Positions 23,380 to 35,160 of a DNA stretch of 44,237 nt are shown here, one piece after another (the stretch's first letter is position 1; every line of letters starts with the position of its first letter). The position numbers and the translations under genes were made by a program. Origin of the DNA: Chiloscyllium plagiosum (taxonomy: Eukaryota); the NCBI RefSeq assembly GCF_004010195.1, contig NC_057753.1, positions 14,603,236-14,647,472 on the forward strand, read 5' to 3'. The notes below the pieces were generated by a model. That model saw only the letters and a list, made by a program, of their open reading frames with translations, did no database searches and had not been told where the DNA came from.

Positions 23380-23833
23380 GTAGGTATTCAGTAACACATC
23401 CACACAGCTTATGCCTCCTGTGTGTGTGCGTGTGTGTATGTGTGTGTGTGTGTGCGCGTGTGTGTGTGTGTGTTTGTGTGTCTCTGTACAAAACATCCAC
23501 TGAGATCTCCACATGTGAAATTCATCGTGAATATCAGATGGGTTCTGTCCCTTTGCTTTCTCGAGTTAAACCCTACAATGTCTGAGGAGATTAGCCTGTG
23601 GGGATTGAAGTGGGAATCTACCTGAGAGAATAGAATTCGATAGCGACTCAGAGAGGCTCCTCAAAACAGGAAAACTCTCTAGTTGGAGAGTGAAATCTCC
23701 TTCCACAGAGTACATAATCTCAACAGAAATTATCCCGAGGTTCTCATTAATTCCTGAGCACCCAATCGATTTCTGTAAACAAGCCTACAACATCTCGTAC
23801 TGGTTAAAGTAATCTTGACCATGAGAAAATGTT

Positions 23834-23877
23834 GGGGTCGAGAGTGGGGTGCTGGAGAAGCTCAGCAGGTCAGGCAG
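23834..23877. mobile_element. Truncated left arm of the palindromic insertion
   Basis: Same left junction (ATGAGAAAATGTT|GGGGT) as full copies at 30351, 31615 and 33145; the remainder and some flank are deleted. Confidence 0.75.
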
Positions 23878-24138
23878 TCAGATACAGGGGGTTAGTGGTC
23901 ATTGAGCAGCAGGCTGTAGATCAGACTGAAAGCATTAATCTTGTCACAGTCAATTGCACTGAGAAATTAGTCCAATTAGAGAAACATTATCCTGTTTTGT
24001 AAATGTACTTTCCTGAATTGCTTTCTGTTGCTACCCAATGATTAATGTGTTAATCCCCACTCTGTACCCACCAGAGAATAAAGATGGTAATGATCAGTCC
24101 CACTGGGATGGGTTTTTGTTGAGGGGCGCAGTGCTGTG

Positions 24139-24201
24139 TGAATACTGGAGGTGCTGATCCGCTTATCTTTGGAGAGGGGACAAAGTTAACGGTGGACCCA
24201 A
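24139..24201 (+). CDS. TRAJ: J segment [20 protein letters not shown]
   Basis: Nonamer 24111-24119, TGCTGTG 24132-24138; donor GTAGGT. Confidence 0.93.
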
Positions 24202-24455
24202 GTAGGTATTCCTGGAGAATGTCGATGGTCAATCTATTTTCAGGCTGGAGTGTTCGCTTTCAGTTTTAATGCCTGAAAAAATAATAATTTAACTTGTGGA
24301 CATATCTTCGAAGTTTGATGCATCTTTGTTATATCGAATTTTCCTTTGTGGTTGAGGCATGGGGTCAGTCGGATCTGAAATAGGTTTCTAGACAGAGCAG
24401 AATATATTGGTAGCCAGTGTATGGCTGGGTTTTTGTTGAGGGGCGCAGTGCTGTG

Positions 24456-24518
24456 TGTATAGTGGTGCTGCAAACAAGCTTATCTTTGGAGAGGGGACAA
24501 AGTTGACCGTGGAGCCAA
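24456..24518 (+). CDS. TRAJ: J segment [20 protein letters not shown]
   Basis: Nonamer 24428-24436, TGCTGTG 24449-24455; donor GTAGGT. Confidence 0.93.
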
Positions 24519-25129
24519 GTAGGTATTAACTTTACACTGCTTACCTCTGCTATGCAGGTTTATGTGTGTGTATTTTTCTTTCTGCACACATCTTCCACTA
24601 AGATGTCCACATAGGAAGTTCATCTTTCGTTTCAGACAGTTTCTGCCTCTATGCTTTATACAGTATACACCTACAACACCTGAGGCGATTAGCCTGTGTG
24701 GGACTTAAAAGGGAATCCTCCTGAGCAATGGATCAGGAGGAAAGGTTCAGGAGAAACCAATTAGAGAGTAGAACACTGTCCAGTTGGACAGAGAAAGCTG
24801 CTTCTACAGTGCACAATAGTTCAACAGAAATTATCGAGAGGTTCTCATTCGTTCCTGAGCAGCAAGTCAATGTGTGTGACTTCTGCAAATATGAACTGAT
24901 GCCTGGAAACCTCCATGTGTTCCAGGCCCGCACGTGTCCACGTCACACTCAAACCACTGAGAGCGTATTCATCCATGTGGTTAGGTGGATAGAGGGGTCC
25001 AGAGAGGGAGAGAGTGAGGAGAGTGTCTCTGTGTTAAATGGACAGACTCTACCTTTGACTGTGAACAGTAAGTCTCACAGAATAATAACCAACGCTGGGA
25101 GTTTGGGTCAGACTGTTTAAGAATATATG

Positions 25130-25189
25130 TGAACATTGTGAGAGGGCAGATAATTTTTGGAAGTTGGTTATGACTGAGAGTGGATTCCA
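25130..25189 (+). pseudogene. Co-amplified J relic, copy 5 (NIVRGQIIFGSWL*)
   Basis: Homologous to 20887. Confidence 0.65.
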
Positions 25190-25353
25190 ATGAGGGTTAT
25201 TTTGACAATGCACAATATTAGGAGACTGGTTCCAACTCGTGAAGGCAATGTCATGACTAACCTGCTTAACATGGGTGCAGTCTGCTTGCACCAGTGTTAG
25301 TGATCCTGACAAAGAGCAGTCACTGACTCAGAGAGAGTTTTTGTCAGAATGTG

Positions 25354-25410
25354 TGAGTAATGGCCTCAGCTTTATCTTTGGAGTTGGGACCAGACAGATA
25401 GTGGAGCCAA
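25354..25410 (+). pseudogene. TRAJ: J with collapsed RSS, SNGLSFIFGVGTRQIVEP
   Basis: Same 10-bp RSS deletion as 21101; nonamer 25336-25344. Confidence 0.87.
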
Positions 25411-25796
25411 GTCAGTGTTGGGGATTTTCACAGAATAATGTCCATGGGCTTGTGTTGGATAGTGACCACGAGTAGGTCAGCAGAGATAATAATTCCCCAG
25501 ACCACAGATACAGTACAGCAAGGGATATCATACTCAGGGTAACATCCCCAGATTATCAGTGGGGCTGACCCACCAGGCGCTCTGCTCTATGTTGGGAGAA
25601 TATTTCTATTTTTCAAAACCAGATAGGACCTAATTCACATCAGCGCTGGTTTAGAAAACACTTCCACAGGGTAAGTGTCTGTGGGACAGCACTGCAGAAT
25701 GGCATAGCGTGTACCCCAAGTGCACCCAGCAGAGAATAAATATGGTAATGATCACTCCCACTGGGATGGGTTTTTGCTGTGGGGCGCAGTGCTGTG

Positions 25797-25859
25797 TGAA
25801 TACTGGAACTGGTTATAAGCTTATCTTTGGAAAGGGGACAAAGTTAACCGTGGAACCAA
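25797..25859 (+). CDS. TRAJ: J segment [20 protein letters not shown]
   Basis: Nonamer 25769-25777, TGCTGTG 25790-25796; donor GTAGGT. Confidence 0.93.
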
Positions 25860-26630
25860 GTAGGTATTCAGTAACACCTCCACACTGCTTANNNNNNNNN
25901 NNNNNNNNNGTGTGTGTATGTATCTGTGTGTCTGTACGTCTGTTTTTCTGTACAAAGCATCAACTGAGATTCCACATGTGAAATTCATCTTGTATATCAA
26001 ACGGTTTCTGTCCTTTTGCTCATAGAGTTAAACCCGAAAATGACTGAGGTGATTAGCCTGTAGAAATTGAAATGGGAATCTCCCTGAGTTCCTGGATCGG
26101 GGGAATGGTTCGGGGAAACCCAGGGTAGAGTTAGATAGCGACTCCGAGAGGTTCCTCAAAACAGATATTCTCTCCAGTTGGACAGATAAAGCTGCTTCCA
26201 CAGAGTGTGTTATTTCAACAGAAATTATCCTAAGGTTCTTATTAATTCCTGAGCACCCAATCGATTTCTGTAAACAAACGTACAACATCTCTTTTTCATT
26301 AAAGTAATCTTGACCATGAGAAAATGTTCACTACTTTGGCTTGTATAATGTGGATCTATTTTGTGATCAACTCCAATACAGGAGGTAAGTGGCCATTGAG
26401 CAGCAGACTTTGGATCAGACTGAAAGCATTAACCTTGTCACAGTCAGATGCCCTGAGAAATTATTCCCATTGGAGAAACATTATCCTGTGCAGTTAATAT
26501 CCTTTCCTGAAGTTGCTCTCTGTTGCGACCCAAGATTAATGTGTTAATCCCACTCTGTACGCAGCAGAGAATAAACATGGTCCTGATCACACCACTGGGG
26601 TGGGTTTTTGCTGAGGGGCGCAGTGCTATG

Positions 26631-26693
26631 TGAATACGGGAACTGGTTATAAGCTTATCTTTAGAGAGGGGACAAAGTTAACGGTGGAACCGA
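26631..26693 (+). pseudogene. TRAJ: Pseudo-[21 protein letters not shown]
   Basis: Heptamer TGCTATG, FREG motif, donor ATAGGT. Confidence 0.88.
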
Positions 26694-26952
26694 ATAGGTA
26701 CTCCCGGAGAATGTAAATGGTCAATCTATTTTCAGGCTGGAGTGTTCGCTTTCGGTCTGAATCCCTGAAAAAAAAAGTAATAATTCAACTTGAGGACATA
26801 TCCTTGAAGCTTGAAATGCCTTTATTTTATCGATTATTCCTTTGTGGTTGGTGCGTGGGGTCAGTATGGATCTGAAATAGGTTTCTGGACTGAGCAGAAT
26901 ATAATGGGAGCCAGTGTATGGCTGGGTTTTTGTTATGGCGGACAGTGCTGTG

Positions 26953-27015
26953 TGTATGGTGGAGGTGCTAATCCACTTATCTTTGGAAAGGGGACAAAGT
27001 TAACCGTGGAGCCAA
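26953..27015 (+). CDS. TRAJ: J segment [20 protein letters not shown]
   Basis: Nonamer 26925-26933, TGCTGTG 26946-26952; donor GTAGGT. Confidence 0.93.
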
Positions 27016-27653
27016 GTAGGTATTCAGTAATAACCTTGCACTGTTCTTTTCTGCTATGTGAGAATGTGTGTGTGTGTGTGTTTTTTGCACCTATACAAAG
27101 CATCCACTAAGATTCCACATGTGAAATTCATCTTTAAGATCAGGCAGTTTCTGCCTATTGGCTTTATAGAGTATTGACCCTACAATGTCTGAGGCGATTA
27201 GCATGTGGGGATTGAAAAGGGAATCCTCCTGATTACCTGGATCGGGGGGAAAAGGTTCAGGAGAAACTCAGGTTAGAATTAGAGAGTGAAACACTGTCTG
27301 GTTGGACAGAGAAAGCTGCCTCCACAGAGTACATTAGTTCAACAGAAATTATCGAGAGGTTCTCATTCGTTCCTGAGCAGCAAGTCGATGTGTGTGACTT
27401 CAGTAAATATGAACTGATGCCTGGAAATCTCCGTGTGTCCCAGGTCCGCACTTGGCCATGTCACACTCACACCACTGAGATATGTTTCATCCATGCGGTT
27501 AGGTGCATAGAGGGGACCAGAGAGGGAGAGGGGGAGGAGAGTGAGTCTCTGTGTTAAATGGAAAGACTCTACCTTAGATTGCAATAGCGAATCCCACATT
27601 TTAATAACTGCCTCTGGGGGTTTGGGACAGACTGTTCAAGCATGTGTGCGAGT

Positions 27654-27926
27654 GGGCAACATGGTGGCTCAGTGGTTAGCACTGCTGCCTCACAGCGCCA
27701 GGATCCCTGGTTCAAATCCAGCCTCGGGTGGCTGTCTGTTTGCACATTCTCCCTGAGTCTACGTCGGTTTCCTCCCACCGTCCAAAGATCTGCAGGTCAG
27801 GTGAATTGGCCATAATGTAAGGTGCGTTCGTCGGAGGGAAATGAGTCTGGGTGGGTTAATCTTCAGAGGGTCGGTGCGGAGTTGTTGGGCCGAAGGGCCT
27901 GTTTTCACACTGTAGGGAATCTAATC
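27654..27926 (+). mobile_element. HE1-like tRNA-derived SINE, inserted into J relic copy 6
   Basis: A box TGGCTCAGTGG 27665-27675, B box GGTTCAAATCC 27709-27719, CR1-type tail GGGCCGAAGGGCCTG. Confidence 0.88.
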
Positions 27927-28150
27927 CAAGCATTTTGAGAGGGATGCTAATCTTTGGAAGTTAGTCACGACTGAGAGTGGAAGCCAATGAGGATTATTTT
28001 GACAATGCACAATGTTAGGAGACTGATATCAACTCATGAAGGCAACGTCATGACTAATCTGCTTAACATGGGTGCAGTCTGCTTGCACCAGTGTTAGTGA
28101 TCCTGACAAAGAGCAGTCACTGACTCAGAGAGAGTTTTTGTCAGAATGTG

Positions 28151-28207
28151 TGAGTAATGGCCTCAGCTTTTTCTTTGGAGTTGGGACCAGACTGATAGTG
28201 GAGCCAA
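28151..28207 (+). pseudogene. TRAJ: J with collapsed RSS, SNGLSFFFGVGTRLIVEP
   Basis: Same 10-bp RSS deletion; nonamer 28133-28141. Confidence 0.87.
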
Positions 28208-28588
28208 GTCAGTGTTGGGGATTGTCACAGAATAATGTCCACAGGCTGGTGTTGGATAGCGACCACGTGTAAGTCAGCAGAGATAACAATTCCCCAGACC
28301 ACAGCTACAGTACAGCAAGGGATACCGTACTCGGGGTAACATCCCCGGATTATCGGTGGGGCTCACCCACCAGGCGCTCTGCTCTGAGTTAGGATTTTTA
28401 TTTATAGGAAGCAGATAGGCCCTAGTTCAAATCAGCGCTGGTTTAGAAAGCACTTCCACAGGCTTAGTGCCGGTGGGACAGCTTTGAGGAATGGCACAGT
28501 GCGTGGCCCAAGTGTACCCACCAGAGAATAAAGATGGTAATGACCATTCCCACTGGGGTGGGCTTTTGCTGAGGGGCGCAGTGCTGTG

Positions 28589-28654
28589 TGAATGCTCGAG
28601 GTCCTGGCTATAAACGTGTCTTTGGAGAGGGGACAAAGTTAACTGTAGAGCCAA
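28589..28654 (+). CDS. TRAJ: J segment [21 protein letters not shown]
   Basis: GGCTTTTGC 28561-28569, TGCTGTG 28582-28588; donor GTAGGT. Confidence 0.91.
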
Positions 28655-29393
28655 GTAGGTGTTCAGTAACATCTCCACACTGCTTGCGTCTTGTCTGTGT
28701 GTGTGTGTGTCTGTCTGTCTGTTTTTCGGCACAAAGCATCCACTGAGGTCTCCAAATGTCAAATTCATCTTGAATATCGGACACTTTCTGTCCCTTTGCT
28801 TGACAGAGTTAAACCTTACAATGTCCGAGGGGGTTAGCCTGTGGGGATGGAAGTGGAAATCTTCCTGAGTACCTGCACCTGCGCGAAAGCCAGGATAGAA
28901 TCAGATAGCTACTCACAGAGGCTCCTCAAAACAGGAAAACTCTCCAGTTGGACAGATAAAGCTGCTTCCACAGAGTACATTATCTCAACAGAAATTATCA
29001 TGAGGTTCTCATTAACTCCTGAGCACCCAATTGATTTCTGTAAACAAATCTACAACATCTCACACTGGTTAAAGTAATCTTGACCATGCGAAAATGTTCG
29101 CTACTTTGTTTTGCATAACATGGATGTTTTTGTAATCAACCCCAATACAAGAGGGAAGTGAGCAGCAGGCTATGGATCAGACTGAAAGCATTAACCTTGT
29201 CACAGCCAGGTGCCCTGAGAAATTATTCCCATTGGAGAAACATTATCCTGTTTCGTAAATCTCATTTCCTGAAATTGCTCTCTGTTGCTACCCAATGATT
29301 AATGTGTTAATCCCACTCTGTACCCACCAGAGAATAAAGATGGTAGTGATCACTCCACTGGGGTGGGTTTTTGCTGAGGAGTGCAGTACTGTG

Positions 29394-29456
29394 TGAATGT
29401 TGCAGGTGCTGATCAGCTTATCTTTGGAGAGGGGACAAAGTTAACCGTGGAACCGA
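29394..29456 (+). CDS. TRAJ: J segment [20 protein letters not shown]
   Basis: Nonamer 29366-29374, TACTGTG 29387-29393; donor GTAAGT. Confidence 0.93.
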
Positions 29457-29708
29457 GTAAGTAATCCTGGGGAATGCAGATGGTCAATTTATTTTCAGGC
29501 TGGAGCGTTCGTTTTCAGTCCTCATCCCCGAAAAAATAACTCAACATGATGACATATCCTCAAAGTTTGAAACGCCTTTGTTTTATGGATTATTCCTTTA
29601 TGGTTGAGACGTGGGGTCAGTAGGGATCTGGCATTTGTTTCTAAAGTAAACAGAATATAATAGCAGCCAGTCTAAGGCTGGGTTTTTGTTGTGGGGCGCA
29701 GTGCTGTG

Positions 29709-29771
29709 TGTATGGTGGAACTGCTGGCAAGCTTACTTTTGGAGAGGGGACAAAGTTAACCGTGGAACCAA
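29709..29771 (+). CDS. TRAJ: J segment [20 protein letters not shown]
   Basis: Nonamer 29681-29689, TGCTGTG 29702-29708; donor GTAGGT. Confidence 0.93.
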
Positions 29772-30350
29772 GTAGGTATTCAGTAACACCTCCACACAGC
29801 TTACGACTTTTTTTGTGTGTGCATGTGAATGTGTGTTTGTGTGTGTTTGTGTGTGTGTGTTAGTCTGCGCGCATGTGTGTGTGTCTGTGTGTGTTTATGT
29901 GTGTCTGTTTGTGTGTGTCTATATGTCTGTGTGTGTTTATATGTCCATGAGTGTGTCTGTGTGTGTTTCTGTACAAAGCATTCACTGAGATCTCCAAATG
30001 TCAAATTCACCTTGAATATCAGTTTCTGTCCCTTTGCTTTATAGAGTATACACCCGACAATGTCTGAGGTGATTATCGTGTGTGGATTGAAATGGGAATC
30101 TTCCTGATTACTCAGATCTGTGGGAACGATTCAGGGGAAACCAAGGGTAGAATTAGATAGTGATTCCGAGAGGCTCCTCAAAACAGGAAAACTCTCCAGT
30201 TGGACTGATAAAGCTGCTTCCACAGAGTACGTTATCTCGACAGAAATTATCATGAGGTTCTCATAAATTCCTGAGCAGCCAATTGATTTCTGTAAACAAA
30301 CCTACAACATCTCGTACTGGTTAAAGTAATCTTGACCATGAGAATATGTT

Positions 30351-30596
30351 GGGGTGGAGAGTGGGGTGCTGGAAAAGCACAGCAGGTCAGGCAGCATTAG
30401 AGGGAGCCGGAGAATCGCTGTTTTGGGCATAAGCCCTACATCAGGAAATGTTTTTCATCAGAAATTCTTGATGAAGGGCTCTTGCCTGAAACGTCGATTC
30501 TCCTGCTCCCTCTGATGCTGCCTGACCTGCTGTGCTTTTCCAGCATCACACTTTTGACTCTAACCTCCAGCACCTGCAGTCCTCACTTTCCCCTCT
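30351..30596. mobile_element. Palindromic Penelope-like insertion with degenerate hammerhead-like cores
   Basis: Long inverted arms; ~13-bp duplication at 30338-30350 and 30597-30609; core TTGATGA-A-GGGC-TCTT-GCCT-GAAA-CG-TC at 30468-30495. Confidence 0.8.
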
Positions 30597-30911
30597 ATGA
30601 GAAAATGTCCGCTACTTTGGTTTGTATAATGTGGATCTTTTAGTGACCACCTCCAATACAGGAGGCAAGTAGTCATTGAGCAGCAGGCTAGGGATCAGAC
30701 TAAAAGCATTAACCTTGTCACAGTCAGGTGCCCTGAGAAATTATTCCCATTGGAGAAACATTATCCTGTGCAGTAAATATTCGTTCCTGAAGTTGCTCTC
30801 TGTTGCTACCCAATGATTAATGTGTTAATCCCACTCTGTACCCAGCAGAGAATAAAGATGGTAATGATCATTCCACTGGGGTGGGTTTTTGCTGAGGGGC
30901 GCAGTGCTGTG

Positions 30912-30974
30912 TGAATGTTGGAGGTGCTAATCAGCTTATCTTTGGAGAGGGGACAAAGTTAACTGTGGAGCCAA
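30912..30974 (+). CDS. TRAJ: J segment [20 protein letters not shown]
   Basis: Nonamer 30884-30892, TGCTGTG 30905-30911; donor GTAGGT. Confidence 0.93.
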
Positions 30975-31229
30975 GTAGGTATTCCTGGAGAATGAAAATG
31001 GTCAATCTATTTTCAGGATGGGGTGTTCCTTTTCGGTCTTAATCTCCGAAAAAATACCTCAACAGGATGACATATCCTCGAAGTTTGAAACGCCTTTGTT
31101 TTATGGATTATTCCTTTGTGGTTGAGGCGTGGGGTCAGTACGGATCTGGTATTTGTTTCTCCAGTAAACAGAATATAATGGCAGCCAGTCTAAGGCTGGG
31201 TTTTATATTTTGTGGGGCGCAGTGCTGTG

Positions 31230-31291
31230 TGTATGGTGGAGGAGCTGACCAGCTTATTTTTGGAGAGGGGAAAAGTTAACCATGGAACCAA
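31230..31291 (+). pseudogene. TRAJ: Frameshifted pseudo-J YGGGADQLIFGEGKS*
   Basis: Nonamer disrupted by a small insertion; 1-nt deletion after FGEG. Confidence 0.88.
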
Positions 31292-31614
31292 GTAGGTATT
31301 CAGAACCAGCTCCACACAGCTCACGTCTGGTGTGTGCATCTGTGTGTGTGTGTGTGTGTCTATATGTCTGTAAGTCTGTCTGTTTGTGTGTGTGTGTTAC
31401 TGTATCTGTGTGTGTCTGTGTCTGTGTGTGTCTCTATACAAAGCATCCACTGAGATCTCCACATGTGAAATTCATCTTTAATGTTGGACAGTTTCTGTCC
31501 CTTTGCTTATAGAGTTCATTATCCTCATTAATTCCTGAGCACCCAATCGATTTCTGTGAACAAATCTACAACATCTTGTACTGGTTGTTGTAATCTTGAC
31601 CATGAGAAAATGTT

Positions 31615-31862
31615 GGGGTGGAGAGTGGAGTGCTGGAAAAGCACAGCATGTCAGGCAGCATTAGAGGGAGTAGGAGAATGAACGTTTCGGGCATAAGTCC
31701 TTCATCTGGAATTGTTTTTTTCATCAGAAATTCTTCATCAAGTGCTCTTTCCCGAAACATTGATTCTCCTGCTCCCTCTGATGCTGCCTGACCTGCTGTG
31801 TTTCTCCAACACCACACTCTCGGCTCTGTTCTCCGGCACCTGCAGTCCTCACTTTCTCTTCC
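31615..31862. mobile_element. Palindromic Penelope-like insertion (duplicated copy)
   Basis: Same site and duplication (31602-31614, 31863-31875) as 30351. Confidence 0.8.
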
Positions 31863-32177
31863 ACGAGAAAATGGTCGCGACTTTGGCTGGTATAATGTGG
31901 ATCTTTTAGTGACCACCTCCAATACAGGAGGCAGGTGGTTATTGAGCAATAGGCTATGGATCAGACTGAAAGCATTAACCTTGTCACAGTCAGATGCACT
32001 AAGAAATTATTCCCATTAGAGAAACATTATCCTGTTCAGTAAATATTCCTTCCTGAAGTTGCTCTCTGTTGCTACCCGATGATTAATGTGTTAATCCCAC
32101 TCTGTACCCACCAGAGAATAAAATGATAGCGAACACTCCCACTAGGGTGGGTTTTTGTTGTGGGACGCAGTGCTGTG

Positions 32178-32240
32178 TGTATGGCGGAGGTGCTGATCAG
32201 CTTATCTTTGGAGAGGGGACAAAGTTAACGGTGGAGCCAA
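32178..32240 (+). CDS. TRAJ: J segment [20 protein letters not shown]
   Basis: Nonamer 32150-32158, TGCTGTG 32171-32177; donor GTAGGT. Confidence 0.93.
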
Positions 32241-32492
32241 GTAGGTATTCCTGGCGAGTGTGGATGGTCAAGCTATTTTGAGGATGGGGTGTTCGTTTTC
32301 ATACTTCACCCCGGAAAAAATAACTTAATATAACAACATATCCTCAAAGTTTGAAACGCCTTTGTTCTGTGGATTATTCCTTTGTGTTTGAGGCGTGGGG
32401 TCAGTACAGATCTAGCATTTGTTTCTAGAGTAAACAGAATATAATGGCAGCCCGTCTAAGGCTGGGTTTTTGTTGTGGGGCGCAGTGCTGTG

Positions 32493-32555
32493 TGTATGGT
32501 GTAACTGCTGGGAAGCTTACTTTTGGAGAGGGGACAAAGTTAAACGTGGAACCAA
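32493..32555 (+). CDS. TRAJ: J segment YGVTAGKLTFGEGTKLNVEP
   Basis: Nonamer 32465-32473, TGCTGTG 32486-32492; donor GTAGGT. Confidence 0.93.
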
Positions 32556-33144
32556 GTAGGTATTCAGTAACACCTCCACTCACCTTACATCTGGTGTGTG
32601 TGTGTGTCCGTGCATGTTTCTACACGAAACATCCACTGAGATCTCCATATGTGAATGTAATCTTGAATATCAGATGGTTTCTGTCCCTTTCTCCACACAC
32701 CTTACATCTGGTGTGTGTGTGTGTGTGTGTGTGCGTGTGTGTGTGTGTGTGTGTCCGTGCATGTTTCTACACGAAACATCCACTGAGATCTCCATATGTG
32801 AATGTAATCTTGAATATCAGATGGTTTCTGTCCCTTTGCTTTACACTGTTAACCCCTACAATGTCTGAGGTGATTAGCCTGTGGGGATTGAAGCGGGAAT
32901 CTTCCTGAGTACCTGGATCTGTGGGGAAACTTCAGGATAAACCAAAGATAGATTGAGATAGCGAGTCGGAGAGGTTCCTCAAAACAGGAAAACTCTCCAG
33001 TTGGACAGTGAAAATTCCTTCCACAGAATACATTACTTCAACAGAAATTAGCATGAGGTTCTCCTGAGCACCCAATCGATTTCTGTGAACAAATCTATGA
33101 CCATCTCATACTGGATAAAGTAATCTTGACCATGAGAAAATGTT

Positions 33145-33391
33145 GGGGTGGAGAGTGGGGTGCTGGAAAAGCACAGCAGGTCAGGCAGCATCAGAGGGAG
33201 CAGGAGAACCGACATTTTGGGCATTAGCCCTTCATCAGGAACTTCTTTATCATCAGAAATTCTTGATGATGGGCTCTTGTCTGAAACATTGATTCTCCTG
33301 CTCCCTCTGATGCTGCCTGACCTGCTGTGCTTTTCCAACACCACACTCTCAACTCTGATCTCCAGCACCTGCAGTCCTCGCTTTCCCCTCT
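33145..33391. mobile_element. Palindromic Penelope-like insertion (duplicated copy)
   Basis: Perfect 13-bp ATGAGAAAATGTT at 33132-33144 and 33392-33404. Confidence 0.82.
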
Positions 33392-33706
33392 ATGAGAAAA
33401 TGTTCGCTACTTTGGTTTGTATAATGTGGATCTTTTAGTGACCACCTCCAATACAGGAGGTAAGTGGCCATTGGGCTGCAGGCTATGGATCAGACTGAAA
33501 GCATAAACCTTGTCACAGTCAGATGCGCTGAGAAATTATTCCCATTGGAGAAACATTATCCTGTGCAGTAAATATCCTTTCCTGAAGTTGCTCTCTGTTG
33601 CTACCCAATGATTAATGTGTTAATCCCACTCTGTACCCACCAGAGAATGAAGATGGTAATGGTCACTCCACTGGGGTGGGTTTTTGCTGAGGGGCGCAGT
33701 GCTGTG

Positions 33707-33769
33707 TGAATACTGGAGTTGCTGATCAGCTTATCTTTGGAGAGGGGACAAAGTTAACGGTGGAGCCAA
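33707..33769 (+). CDS. TRAJ: J segment [20 protein letters not shown]
   Basis: Nonamer 33679-33687, TGCTGTG 33700-33706; donor GTAGGT. Confidence 0.93.
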
Positions 33770-34024
33770 GTAGGTATTCCTGGAGAATGTAGATGGTCAA
33801 TCTATTTTCAGGTTGGAGTGTTCACTTTTGGTCTTAATCCCCTAAAAAATAATAATTCAACTTGTGAACATATCCTCGAAGTTGGAAACGTCTTTGTTAT
33901 ATCGATTATTCCTTTGTGGCTGATGCGTGGGTTCAGTACGGATCTGAAATAGATTTCTAGACTGAGCAGAATATAACGGGAGCCAGTGTATGGCTGGGTT
34001 TTTGCTGTGGGGCGCAGTGCTGTG

Positions 34025-34087
34025 TGTATGGTGGAGGCGTAAACAAGCTTACCTTTGGAGAGGGGACAAAGTTAACCGTGGAGCCAA
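34025..34087 (+). CDS. TRAJ: J segment [20 protein letters not shown]
   Basis: Nonamer 33997-34005, TGCTGTG 34018-34024; donor GTAGGT. Confidence 0.93.
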
Positions 34088-34574
34088 GTAGGTATTCAGT
34101 AACATCTCCAGGCTGTCCACTTCCTGATCCATCTCTCTGTTCACTATCCTGCCCACAATCCATCTCTTGGTGTTCAAAGTCTCCTGGAATGCGTCCAGAC
34201 TTTGTTCTAAGGAGCGAGGGACTTGCTAGACTGTATGATATGGGGCAAGTTTAGATTTGAGGACATCCCGGATGGGTATCGGGATTACTTCAGGGGAATG
34301 GCATGTGTGAGCTAGGTAAAGAGAGAAGGAGGCTTCCTGTGTGAGGTATAACTACTGGAACTGACCAGTCAGAGTGAGCGACCTGTTTCTGTGGTGTATC
34401 TTGTCTTTCATATCATTCCCGACGACGTTGTGCTGAGTCCTGGACGTTAATGAAATAGAAAAGGCCAGAAAATCAGATTTCTGCTGATTTCCAGCGATCC
34501 CTCAATGCATGCCAATTTCCATCCTGTTTTCTGTGGAGAGGGCAGAGGGCCAAGAGATTTTACCTCATATAACG

Positions 34575-35115
34575 TGTCCAATTATGACCTGAGGAAGGAT
34601 GTAGCTGCATTGGAGGCAGGTTCAGAGGAGGGTCGCTCGATTATTCCCAGAGATGAGGGGGTTTGTCTTATGAAGGGAGAAGGAGTAGGTTAGGCTGTTT
34701 CTGTAATATCGAGAGAGGAGATCTCATCGATGCTAAATGCAGGGGGCGCGGGAGATTGGCAAAGCAGGTGGAGGGTGCTTGGTCTCTAATGGGAGAGGGG
34801 AATCTAGTACAATAGGTTCTAATTCCAGGACGAAGGGGAAACAGAGGTTGCAAGCAGAGATGGAGAGAAATTATATCCCTCAAAGGGTGGACGTGTGGCA
34901 ATGGGCTCTCCCAGAGTACAGTGGATGCTGGGAAATTAAGTCAATATCAAGCAGACTTGGACAGACTGTGAGCGAGGAATTGTTCGAGGGAGCGATGGGG
35001 AGAGGGCTGCAGAGTGGGGGGGGGGTTGAGACTGACATGACATCAGCCACGGTGATCCTGAAAGCAGGAGCAGGCTGGAGGGGCTGAATGGCCTCCCTCC
35101 TGCCCTTTTGTTCGA
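34575..35115 (+). mobile_element. Degraded CR1-like LINE 3' fragment
   Basis: LRKDVAALEA..QRR-like coding remnant; 3' UTR GGAGCAGGCTGGAGGGGCTGAATGGCCT. Confidence 0.72.
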
Positions 35116-35160
35116 TGGAACCACGCCAGCTGGGTTTTTGTTAAGGGTTGCAGCGCTGTG

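Noticed and set aside
27654..27730. tRNA gene (also near 37440)
   Set aside because: The A and B boxes belong to the SINE head; the sequence continues into a SINE body and LINE-derived tail.
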